Assembly: GCA_965207755.1 (NCBI GenBank)
Contig: OZ242297.1
Span: 83,384-147,383, forward strand
DNA length: 64,000 nt
Source: Acidimicrobiales bacterium
GTDB taxonomy: Bacteria > Actinomycetota > Acidimicrobiia > Acidimicrobiales > Aldehydirespiratoraceae
Reading direction: 5' to 3'
Within the stretch, counting starts at the first letter, position 1. The number at the start of each line of letters is the position of its first letter. This document shows, piece after piece, positions 18,682 to 27,059 of this stretch. The position numbers and the translations under genes are program-made. The notes below the pieces were generated by a model. It saw only the letters and a program-made list of their open reading frames with translations. It had not been told where the DNA came from and made no database searches.

Positions 18682-18722
18682 GGGACCCTCAACCACCCCA
18701 CTCCCCACGTTTCCGCGCAGGC
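18682..18722. repeat. solo ISL3 subtype-1 end, copy R4 (same orientation as R3 and R5)
   Basis: gggaccctcaaccaccccactccccacgtttccgcgcaggc. Confidence 0.75.
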
Positions 18723-18791
18723 TCATCATATATAAGCGGCGCGCCGCGCAGTTGATCGGGATGGTCCGGGAACCCGCTGCACGCAGGACGC

Positions 18792-19796
18792 TCAAGCGAG
18801 ACAGGCGGGGCAGGCAGCCGATCGTCTCGATCTCGGCGGACAACGGACGCGGGCCGATCGCGTGTCTTCGTCTGCTTGATGCAGACTCGCAACTCTCGTC
18901 TCCAATGTTTCTCTCTCGCATTCACGGGCAAGACCGCGAGCACCCAACACTTGACAACTCAGTGCTGCTACTGCTTGCGCGTAGCGGAGCGGCGCGGTCA
19001 GGTCTGATCTCTTGACCTCCTCCGGCACGAGCGACGGGAGTGCGTCCAACAACGCTGCGGTTGTCCAGTCTCCGGCGCCGCCTGCATCAATTGCATGGAC
19101 GGCGTAGGGGGGCACATGGTACCAGGCCCCACCGTTTTGCCGCCAGTACGCACCGTTGGCACCATCGGTATACACATTTGCTCCAGGCGATCCATCAAGC
19201 AGACCGCTCGTGGGGTCAAGTCGGTTAGCCGAGAACTTGACGATGTGGGCAAGCTCAAGCAGACGCCTGAACCTGGGGCTGCTGCCTGGCGTGGACGGCT
19301 CGAACACCACGAGCCCGCCGCCATCCCGAATGTGCTCAGCCATCAGAACCGCGGCCGCCGAAACCCTATCCACGAACAGTACGTCGGGCCGATTGATCGA
19401 ATCGACCAGCCTCTCCGCGAAGTCAATCGGGATGGCTCGAAACTGCGCGAATTTGCGTCCGCACTCCGGACAACCGAATCTGAAGCGGTGCGACCCGTCG
19501 CATACCTCGTGGATGACTACAGGGGTTGTGGAGTCCGGGCGCCGCAGTAGTCCTCTGGAGGAAACGCCTGCTCTCAACAGGTCGGCTCGCAGGTGATCGC
19601 CAGCTGGATCATCGCCGTGTAGAGCCGCAGTCGCTGCATCCCATCCGAGGTAGGACAGGTTGGCTGCGACGTTCCCCGCTGTTCCGCCAGCGCTGTGGCC
19701 TAGTCCGGTTCGATGAACGAGCACGTCCAAGACCACGTAGCCGACCGTGAGGACAGCCTTGCGATCTGGCTTCTGGGTCGGTTCTTGCCTCGTCAT
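18792..19796 (-). CDS. PfkB-family (ribokinase-like) kinase with a zinc-ribbon insertion
   Basis: GGTAGNVAANL (N-terminal GG motif) and AIDAGGAGDWTTAALL (PfkB signature 2) are present. The insertion reads HRFRFGCPECGRKF. The ATG at 19796 (MTRQEP) was chosen within ORF 18792..19829. Confidence 0.75.
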   Translation of the reverse strand: MTRQEPTQKPDRKAVLTVGYVVLDVLVHRTGLGHSAGGTAGNVAANLSYLGWDAATAALHGDDPAGDHLRADLLRAGVSSRGLLRRPDSTTPVVIHEVCDGSHRFRFGCPECGRKFAQFRAIPIDFAERLVDSINRPDVLFVDRVSAAAVLMAEHIRDGGGLVVFEPSTPGSSPRFRRLLELAHIVKFSANRLDPTSGLLDGSPGANVYTDGANGAYWRQNGGAWYHVPPYAVHAIDAGGAGDWTTAALLDALPSLVPEEVKRSDLTAPLRYAQAVAALSCQVLGARGLARECERETLETRVASLHQADEDTRSARVRCPPRSRRSAACPACLA

Positions 19797-19936
19797 TGGT
19801 ATGGAGCGCCAGCCAGCCACAAGCAGCAAAGCTGGTTCGCCTCGCTGAAGGTCTCAAGGCTAACCTCTGGCACGATCTCGTACTCGTCCGCCGCGGCTGC
19901 GGCAATCGGGATGGTCCGTTCGTAGGCCGCTAGCAC

Positions 19937-19962
19937 GGCGCCCTCCACCGGTGGAGGGCGCC
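19937..19962 (-). terminator. perfect 26-bp GC palindrome (candidate intrinsic terminator or operator) between the AlkB-like and PfkB genes
   Basis: ggcgccctccaccggtggagggcgcc is its own reverse complement. It lies about 160 nt downstream of the AlkB-like stop. No U-tract follows. Confidence 0.4.
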
Positions 19963-20120
19963 GGTGTTGGTCAGCGCCCTGCTCGGTATGCAGGCGTAGA
20001 GCAGGGGCTCGGATTCGGCAAATGACGTGCGCAACGCGACTCGACGTACGTGGCTGGCGGCTTCTGTGCCCGATGTCCTGCTGGAGCCTCCGTCTCTCTG
20101 CGGCGGTGCAGCAGATCCGG

Positions 20121-20753
20121 TCAGGTCTGCGCTCGCCGGGTGTGTGCGATGGTGCGGAACGTGATCGAGACGCGTCGTTGGCGCTTGGTCCGTTGGCCGT
20201 TCCAGGTGTCGGTTTGCCGTTTCGCGATGCCGTGGCGCCACTTGTGGCGGGCGTCGCCGTGGAGAAGCACGAGGCTGCGCGGCTCCAAGCGCTGCACATG
20301 CTTGTCCCCGGTCGACTCTCGACAGAAGTCCATGTTGACAGCCGAGCCCAGGCTGACGGTCGCGACGACGGGGCCGAAGCAGTCCCTGTCGATGTGGGGG
20401 GCGATCCCCTGCCCAGGCGAGTACTCGTTGATGATCGCCTGCTCGAACGGCCGGTCGGGGTCGAGTTGCTGCTTCGCTTCCTCGGATGCAACTTCACGCA
20501 CCGTGTGCGACAGTCGTGCCAGCCACTCTGGCAGCGGCCCGATGCGGGCCGTTTCGTCGAGGCTGCGACTGGTGTAGTCGTACTTGTACCCGAAGTGCAT
20601 CACACGCCGGGAGAGGTCCGTGAGCCACTCAGAGCCGTCGATCCGCGCGAGCAGCCCGCCCTCGTCGCGGGCAGACAAGGCGTCGGGGTGGTAATCGAGC
20701 CCCAAGGGAGCAGCCGCGGGCTGCGCGTCCGTCAGCGACAGTTGCAGGCTCAT
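20121..20753 (-). CDS. AlkB-like Fe(II)/2-oxoglutarate dioxygenase
   Basis: IINEYSPGQGIAPHIDRD (HxD), LLHGDARHKWRHGI (distal His) and RVSITFR (2OG Arg) are present. ATG 20753 overlaps the methyltransferase stop (ATGA). Confidence 0.8.
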   Translation of the reverse strand: MSLQLSLTDAQPAAAPLGLDYHPDALSARDEGGLLARIDGSEWLTDLSRRVMHFGYKYDYTSRSLDETARIGPLPEWLARLSHTVREVASEEAKQQLDPDRPFEQAIINEYSPGQGIAPHIDRDCFGPVVATVSLGSAVNMDFCRESTGDKHVQRLEPRSLVLLHGDARHKWRHGIAKRQTDTWNGQRTKRQRRVSITFRTIAHTRRAQT

Positions 20754-21667
20754 GTGCGCAGCATCCAGTGCTCTGCTCGTACGTCCCACAGTCGAGATTG
20801 CTCGTCCCACCATATCGGGCCGTCACCGCGGGCGGAGCCTGGAAAACGCCGCCGCACTCGAACATCGATGCGGTGCTGTTTCTTGAGGACGTCGGCCTCC
20901 TTGAGCATCCGCTCGAGGTCGACAAGCGCGCCTCCGCTGAGGTTCGCGGTGGTGTAGATGAGCTCGACGGCCCGGCCCGCCTCGCCGACGGCCCGCTCGA
21001 TGACGGACGCCCAGGAGGCTATGTGAGCTGGCCTGACGGTTCGTTGGTGGGCCACGTAGCTGAACGCGAACAGCAACCGGTCAACGTCGGTGAAGTCGAC
21101 ATCATCGAGCGAGTCGATGCAGGCGTCTGATCTGAAGCCGGCGCCAAGACACCCAAGGACCTCCCTGCCGAGCTCCCGCATCATTGGATTGGGGTCGAAA
21201 GCCCGGTAGTCGACCCGTCGGCGCTCGCTCCGTGTGAGAGCCTCGCCCAGCCCGACGGCCACCGTGGCCGCCCCGGCGCCGATGTCCACAACCAACAGGC
21301 GCTCGCCCTTCCCCGGTGGCGAGCAACACGCCTGCTTGTACACCTCGCGGAACACATCGGCATGACCCCGCTGATAGTAGAAGGAGTCATACAGCGCATG
21401 GGAGTCAGGCGCATCCGCCGCCAGTTGTCCCTGGCGCTTCGGGGACTCGGCGGCGTGCCGCTGCTCGTCTGGGGTCTCGCTCCATCGGCACACGATGGCC
21501 TCTGCGAATGCTCTGTCGTGGTCCACCGCCGCAGCGTACCTCTCGTGTGCTGTGTGGCTAGCTCGTGCGCCCGGCTCATCGCCGCCCGCCAACACGCCGC
21601 CCACGCCGCCCACGCCGCCAACGAGACCGCCCGGGTGGCCGCCGCCACCATCGGCGGGACGTGGCAT
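20750..21667 (-). CDS. class I SAM-dependent methyltransferase, substrate unknown
   Basis: Motif I is RLLVVDIGAGAATVAVGL and an acidic motif II is YRAFDPNP. The start is uncertain (ATG 21667 or GTG about 21595). The N-terminus is Gly-rich. Confidence 0.65.
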   Translation of the reverse strand: MPRPADGGGGHPGGLVGGVGGVGGVLAGGDEPGARASHTAHERYAAAVDHDRAFAEAIVCRWSETPDEQRHAAESPKRQGQLAADAPDSHALYDSFYYQRGHADVFREVYKQACCSPPGKGERLLVVDIGAGAATVAVGLGEALTRSERRRVDYRAFDPNPMMRELGREVLGCLGAGFRSDACIDSLDDVDFTDVDRLLFAFSYVAHQRTVRPAHIASWASVIERAVGEAGRAVELIYTTANLSGGALVDLERMLKEADVLKKQHRIDVRVRRRFPGSARGDGPIWWDEQSRLWDVRAEHWMLRT

Positions 21668-21935
21668 CGATCTGATGCCTGAAGGCTCGGTCCACGCGCG
21701 ACGCGTCGGTAGTGACCTCTACCGCGAGGACCTTCCCGTCATCGAGCCGAAGGTCGAAGTCGTGCATCCCCAGCGCTCCGCCTGTATCGCGCGGGCGGTG
21801 CTCGCCGCCCAACAGCTGCTTCAGCAACTCGGCTGCTCGGCGCTCCTCGGCGGGCATGTCGGCGAGAAGCTGAGCGTGGGCGACGATCTCAGCCATCTCG
21901 TCGTCGGTGAGCTTCATGGACGGCATGGATACCAC
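21576..21935 (-). CDS. small hypothetical protein; 3' end overlaps the methyltransferase 5' end out of frame (possible frameshifted fusion)
   Basis: MKLTDDEMAEIVAHAQLLADMPAEERRAAELLKQLLGG...GMHDFDLRLDDGKVLAVEVTTD is coding-like. The last 30 codons are Arg-rich shadow of the methyltransferase frame. Confidence 0.35.
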   Translation of the reverse strand: MVSMPSMKLTDDEMAEIVAHAQLLADMPAEERRAAELLKQLLGGEHRPRDTGGALGMHDFDLRLDDGKVLAVEVTTDASRVDRAFRHQIDATSRRWWRRPPGRSRWRRGRRGRRVGGRR

Positions 21936-22172
21936 CTGCCGGAGCCGTCAAGACGCGGTGCATTGAGCTTCGAGCGCCCCGGAAGCCTCAGTCCCATGCG
22001 CCACCCGGCGGGCACCGGATGTTGTCGGTCGGGTCGTCGCTGCAGTCAGCGACCAACTGTCCAAGGCCGGGCATATGAGCAGAGCCAGCGCCGGCGCCGG
22101 CGCCTCTTGGCGAGCCAATGGGCTACTTCCTGAGCGGAAGACAGTCAGCACCGAACCCCGCGCCGACGGCGA

Positions 22173-24608
22173 TCAGCGCGATCCACCCCCCTCCCCACGT
22201 CTCCGCGCAGGCTCACAAGGTTCGGTCGGTGTCAGGGCCAATTCGCAGAGGTCGATTCCAAGCTGCAGATGGTCTCGAGTGCGTTCATCCAATGAGCCGT
22301 CTCTGCGGACGATGCGGGCTCTTGCCGACCCGAGGACCTGTGCCACTCCTTCTTGGGGCAGTTTCTCTTGGGCGCCGGCGAGCAGCAGTTCGGGGAGCAG
22401 CAAGTCGAAGTCGAAGTCTTGGCCCTCCAGATGTTGCAAGGAGTCGCAGCAGTCGCGGCTGTCATGCCCCCACCAGGCCTCCTGCGGCTCGCACCATCGA
22501 AGAATGCATGCGTGGATCAATCCATCGAAGTAGGACCGCAGTACACGCCGAAGATCGAACTGAGCCCAGTAGGGCGCACCCCGTTGGCTCGCCCGGATGC
22601 GAGCTGATTGCATAGCGGATCCCACCGCGCAGAGGGTCTCGCGGCTGCCCAACTCCTGCCCGAAGTATGAGTGCGGCAGCAGTATCGGGCTGTCTCGACC
22701 CAGCAGGGTTTGCCCCGGCGCGGGGCCGTCTTGCAGTTCGTCGAGGCGCGCTTGCAGTTCAGGCGTGGCCAGGCCCTGCTTGTTGGCGGCGAGGTAGGTG
22801 TTGCGTTCCGCAACGAGCGGTGACCAACTCGGGAGGTGGCTCAGCCACAGGGCCAGCAGGCGCTTGTTGCCGTCGGCGTCGGTGAGGTTGTTCCTGATGC
22901 TTGCCCACAGGCGATCGTTGTCAGGGTGGGCGTGGAGTACCAGGCATTGGAAGTTGGCGTCGGGCCATCGTCGGCGTGCGGTAAGGAACATTCGCTGGCA
23001 GGTGAGGCCGGTGCGCGCTCCGAGCATGAGGATGAGCACATCCGGAGAATCGGCGCTAGGCGGCCTGTCGGGTGCGTCGCGGTCGGGGTCCGGTGTGTAG
23101 GCGATCCAATCGGCATCGTCAGACACAAAGCCGTGTTTGCCCAGCGTTTCAGCGAGAGCCTGCCATTCATCGTTGGTCAAGAGACGACGTTCTCTCGCGT
23201 CGTACATCACGACGGAGGCGCGCGACGCTACAAGGTCACGCGTGCGCTGGACAAAGTCCCGTATCGTGTCTTCCCGGTCGCGCTTCGGGTAGCGCTCGAA
23301 CTCAGCCAGACGGTCCTCGATCAGAGTTGCCGGGGATGCCTTGACGAGCAGCGTCGGCTCGAAGAAGATCAGTTCTTCTCGAGCACGCACTGACTCTGGG
23401 GGCGGTCGCGTCCCGGTGGGCCCGACGAGGTTGACGGCGCTATCGGGCGCGCTGTGATATGCCTCCCAGACGGAGGCGTTCCGTCGAGCGTCGAAGATAT
23501 CGGGCACGATCAGGTCGGGCTCGGGCAGGACCAAGGCTGACATGGCTCGTGGATTGATCGTCACGAGACGTGCTGTACGTGCGCTCCGGCACAAGCGGCA
23601 GGGCTGACCGTCGGGCTCAGCGCCTTCCGCCTCGCCCAGACCCAGCCAGGGAGCCTCGATGGTCCGCTGGGGCGGGGGATCCTCGACGATTCGCGGAGGT
23701 GGGGGCTCCACAGAGATGGCAGCCGCGCTGGACTGCTGTCTGGACACGAACTGCTCGATGCGCACCGTGGGTGCACCCAGCGCGGAGAGGGCGTTCAGCA
23801 GCCGCTGGGCGAACCCTCCGCTGTCGCTCACCGACATGAGCCCGAGCATCGGGCTGTCCGGTGAGATGCCGAGCAGGCTGGTGTGGAGTCCCAGGCTGCT
23901 CGACGGGTACCGGTCCAGTGAGAGCACCCCTGCGATCCCAGCCGACGAGTGCGAGACATGGCGATGGCGCTCCGCCGCCCGCTGGAGTTCACCGACCACA
24001 GGCATCAGCGTTCCGATGTCCATGACCGCCGTGGTCAGGGCTTCGGGGTTGAGGGCACCGTAGAGCCAGGTCGCGAGAGCGGGGGCGGCCCTGAGGTCTT
24101 GAAAGGCGTCGGCTAGCCGGATGAAGGTCGACGTGTGCTTTCCCGACGGGAGCACATAGTGGTATGCGTCCGGGTGCCAGAGCGCGTGTCCCCAGTCAAG
24201 GAATGCTTCCATTTCGATGGCGCGGGCCCGGGCAAGCAGCACCGGCTCGTGTCCGGTGCGGTCCTTGAGGCGGTGGCTCCACACGATCGTCGGGGGTGCG
24301 GCAACCTCGAAGACAATCACCCCCGCCGCCGCGACGGAGCCCATGGCCTTGAGTGTGGCCTGGAGAGCATCGGCCGCCTCCTCCGGCGGTGTCCACCCTT
24401 GGTCCTTGTGTCCCCAGCGCGCCAGCACCCAGTCCGGCCGGCCTATGAGGTCCAGCGGCACCGCTCGCAGGTAGCCGGCAACAGTCTCGACGGTGGTTGC
24501 CCAGTCGGCGACATCGAAAAACGTTAGGCCGCCGCCGGTGTCGTCGGCCCGTCGCGTCCGATCATGCTGGAACGGCAGGCGGGCGTACGCGTCCCGACGT
24601 TCCGCCAT
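22173..24608 (-). CDS. 811-aa protein with two degenerate phosphoribosyltransferase-like segments and a CxxC; C-terminus replaced by IS-end sequence
   Basis: ATG 24608 lies 17 nt after the GHKL stop. YHYVLPSGKHTSTFIRLADAF plus PMLGLMSVSDSGGFAQRLL resembles a PRTase hood and PRPP loop. A second loop-like segment is DVLILMLGARTGLTCQRM. A single CxxC is CRLCRS. The upstream 48 codons of ORF 22173..24752 look like shadow. Confidence 0.55.
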   Translation of the reverse strand: MAERRDAYARLPFQHDRTRRADDTGGGLTFFDVADWATTVETVAGYLRAVPLDLIGRPDWVLARWGHKDQGWTPPEEAADALQATLKAMGSVAAAGVIVFEVAAPPTIVWSHRLKDRTGHEPVLLARARAIEMEAFLDWGHALWHPDAYHYVLPSGKHTSTFIRLADAFQDLRAAPALATWLYGALNPEALTTAVMDIGTLMPVVGELQRAAERHRHVSHSSAGIAGVLSLDRYPSSSLGLHTSLLGISPDSPMLGLMSVSDSGGFAQRLLNALSALGAPTVRIEQFVSRQQSSAAAISVEPPPPRIVEDPPPQRTIEAPWLGLGEAEGAEPDGQPCRLCRSARTARLVTINPRAMSALVLPEPDLIVPDIFDARRNASVWEAYHSAPDSAVNLVGPTGTRPPPESVRAREELIFFEPTLLVKASPATLIEDRLAEFERYPKRDREDTIRDFVQRTRDLVASRASVVMYDARERRLLTNDEWQALAETLGKHGFVSDDADWIAYTPDPDRDAPDRPPSADSPDVLILMLGARTGLTCQRMFLTARRRWPDANFQCLVLHAHPDNDRLWASIRNNLTDADGNKRLLALWLSHLPSWSPLVAERNTYLAANKQGLATPELQARLDELQDGPAPGQTLLGRDSPILLPHSYFGQELGSRETLCAVGSAMQSARIRASQRGAPYWAQFDLRRVLRSYFDGLIHACILRWCEPQEAWWGHDSRDCCDSLQHLEGQDFDFDLLLPELLLAGAQEKLPQEGVAQVLGSARARIVRRDGSLDERTRDHLQLGIDLCELALTPTEPCEPARRRGEGGGSR
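22181..22212. repeat. solo ISL3 subtype-1 end, copy R5, forming the last codons of the 811-aa ORF
   Basis: atccacccccctccccacgtctccgcgcaggc. Translated on the minus strand it gives the ORF tail PARRRGEGGGSR. Confidence 0.65.
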
Positions 24609-24625
24609 CTCCGGTGCCGAAGGCC

Positions 24626-25624
24626 TCAGACCGGCGCCGGCTCGCGTCGAGTTCTCGGCCGCGGAACTGGCCCGTCGTGCGTGACGGCGTCGAGAGTCAG
24701 ATGGATCAAGGTCCCTTGCACGCCGTTGTACGCGAACTCCCGGTGGTCCCATTGCCCGGTCCGGCCTCGCCGTCCGTGATGCATAGCGCGCCCGGGCGCG
24801 AACGTCGAGATCAGGTTTATCGTGCCGTTCCAGCGAGCGGCGTGCTTCGCGACGGTGCTGAGGCCGTGGCCTGCCGTTGCGCCGATGACAGAACGGTTGC
24901 CGTAGACGGCCCCGACCAGGTCCGTGACCACATCGACGGCGATCTCGGAGTCGGGCTTGGCACTGTTGGAGAGGCAGGCGGTGTGCTCACCGCGGGCGGC
25001 AAGAGCCGCGGCCTTATCGCGCACCGAGCCCACGATCCCGACACCGTCGTCTGCGACGACGATCTGTAGACGGTTGTGGCTCCCGTGCCCGCCGCCGGCG
25101 GTGGCGCTTACGACGGCGAAGGATCGCCGGGCACGAGACCAGCGATGCACATTGTCGACCGCCTCGAAAAGGCATTGGTCGGTGTGGCGGTCGAAGCACT
25201 CCCGCTGCTCGTGGCCTGCTGCGGCTCCGAGGCCGTCGATCCAGTAGTACCGCCTGCCGTAAGGGTCCGGCACTGGCGGCTCGCGGCTCTCGAGCCGTGA
25301 CACGACTCGCATCCGGTCCGACGTCTCCAAGTCGAACTGGTCAAGGGCCAGTGTCTGGCCGACTGCCTCCACGCCCAACGCCGCGGAGACTGGAACGGGC
25401 TCGCCCTCGATCTCGAGCCCCACTCCGCGCCGGTCGGCCGCGAACACCAAGCCAGCGCGGGCCAGCCGACGTCTGACCACCAGCGATGAGGGGAGCACGA
25501 CCCTGGAAGGCGGGTCCGGGGTGCTCAGCACCCACAGCGCCAGCGCAAGATCTCCCGGCTGGATCGTGGCAGTCGAACTCAAGGCGCTGAGGATCAGTGG
25601 CTCCGATGAGTGCACCTCCGACAT
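24626..25624 (-). CDS. GHKL (histidine-kinase-like) ATPase with an unknown 150-aa N-terminal domain
   Basis: The N box is LFEAVDNVHRWS, G1 is IVVADDGVGIVG and G2 is ATAGHGLSTVAKH. A strong SD (GAGGAGGAG) precedes ATG 25624. Confidence 0.7.
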   Translation of the reverse strand: MSEVHSSEPLILSALSSTATIQPGDLALALWVLSTPDPPSRVVLPSSLVVRRRLARAGLVFAADRRGVGLEIEGEPVPVSAALGVEAVGQTLALDQFDLETSDRMRVVSRLESREPPVPDPYGRRYYWIDGLGAAAGHEQRECFDRHTDQCLFEAVDNVHRWSRARRSFAVVSATAGGGHGSHNRLQIVVADDGVGIVGSVRDKAAALAARGEHTACLSNSAKPDSEIAVDVVTDLVGAVYGNRSVIGATAGHGLSTVAKHAARWNGTINLISTFAPGRAMHHGRRGRTGQWDHREFAYNGVQGTLIHLTLDAVTHDGPVPRPRTRREPAPV

Positions 25625-26061
25625 GGTCTCCTCCTCGGGTATCTCCCTGGGTGATGCAGTTCAACTCTGCGCCGTGAGGTCTGACTGGCTAGATCCACAA
25701 CAATACCGAGCGCCTAGGACAGCAGCGGCTGAGTCTGGGGACGGCGCTGGGGAAATGAGCGCCCGCCTGTGGGAGGACGCTGGGGATTTGAGGCGGCTCT
25801 GTTGGACACTTGGGGAAACTCATGGAGATAACCGCAGTGGTTCGCCGTCCCGGGACTGTCAACGGCCTGTGGGATCTGCCCGCTGGCGGCCAGAGCACCC
25901 GTGGGCCAGCGCGGATCCGCACCCTCACCGGTGCCGAGTCGGCCCGCCTGGGGCGCTCTTCGACGCTCAGCCGCGCCTCGAATCTGCTTGGAAGGCCGTG
26001 TCGGCGCGCCGGGCGCGGCCTCGGCGGTGCTGTCAGCCTGCTTGAAGTCGCCGCACCACTC

Positions 26062-26300
26062 CTAGTCGGGCCGCTTCCCGGTGGAGCCCCGCTTGAGAAG
26101 GTCGGGCGCCGGCACGGCGGCCTTGTCGGGGCGGATCAGGCCGCGTCGGCGTCGGCGGAGGCGGGCGTTGAGCCCCAGCCGGGCCATGGAAGCCCTCCAC
26201 CGTCTTCGTCGAAACCTCGCCGGCGTCTCGGCGCAGATGGGCACGCGCCCACGGCGAGCCGTAGGTGCCGCAACGCCGACCACATCACGGCGAGACGCCG
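26062..26300 (-). pseudogene. IS3-family transposase (OrfB N-terminal region) fragment, frameshifted
   Basis: MARLGLNARLRRRRRGLIRPDKAAVPAPDLLKRGSTGKRPD matches the conserved ...GL..RRRR..T.PD....PDLL.R.F.A..P segment of IS3 OrfB. The preceding YGSPWARAHLRRDAGEVSTKTV lies in another frame. Confidence 0.5.
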
Positions 26301-26377
26301 CCTCTGGGCGCGCTCCTTCTCGGCGCCTGCTGCGCGTCCGCTTCTCACGCTCCGGCGCGATCCCCGGGCCATGCTCG

Positions 26378-26486
26378 GTCACGCTTCCGCCCGGCGCATC
26401 CAATGTCCACAGCCAGAGGAGCGACCCAGCCCGCGCCCCAATCAATCGTCGTCACGCTTCCGCCCGGCGCATCCGATGTCCACAGC
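26378..26486. repeat. DR36-N37-DR36 structure, period 73
   Basis: gtcacgcttccgcccggcgcatcc(a/g)atgtccacagc occurs at 26378-26413 and 26451-26486, with one mismatch. Confidence 0.85.
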
Positions 26487-27059
26487 GGCCGCCGCCGACT
26501 GCCCGAAGGCACCTGCCCCGAAGTTGCCACCGCCCATCTCGCGACCATCGAAGACTCCCCCTGACCCGAGTTGGCGGGTTGGCGGGGTTTGGCTGGGAGG
26601 TATGGCCTCTGACGTGGGGTTTTGTGTTCCGGGAGGGCTCGGGCCTGCGGCGGGGTGCGGCGGGTGATTCGGTCGACGCCGCGGGATCAGCGGCTCTGTT
26701 GTTGGGGGAGGAGAGGGGGGCGATGTGGGTGTGGCTCGCGGCGGTGCCGCGGGCGGCCCGATGGTGCGACGAGCTGGTTCGGCCGCTGGGCTGAGCGGGC
26801 CGCTGAGATGCCCGGGCGGTTCGCACTGGCGGCGGGGCGGTGGCTGTTGACCGTGGAGGTCCTGGCGGCGACGGTGCTCGCTGTAGAGCTTGCCGGGCAT
26901 CCTCGAGGACCTGGTCTTGCCGGTAGGCGCGCTGCGGGCCTGGACGACGCTGGTAGCAGCCGTGGCCACAGCCGTGCTGGCCCGCTGCTGAGGCCGCACC
27001 TGATGACGAACCGCACCGCGCTAGCGAGTGCCGCGGTCGTCGAGCAGCGCCCCCGCGAT

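Noticed and set aside
16025-22212. Same-orientation 40-bp elements between gene cassettes as integron attC sites
   Set aside because: The elements are not imperfect palindromes and match the inverse of an ISL3 left end that precedes a transposase stub. No intI gene is present.
25810-27059. 285-aa and other long ORFs in the 1.3-kb gap between the GHKL gene and the NYN gene
   Set aside because: The composition is low-complexity and the frames mutually overlap. The only recognisable pieces are IS3 OrfB fragments and a short segment (GLWDLPAGGQ) shared with 2470-2530 next to the IS21 remnant. I treated the region as IS debris.
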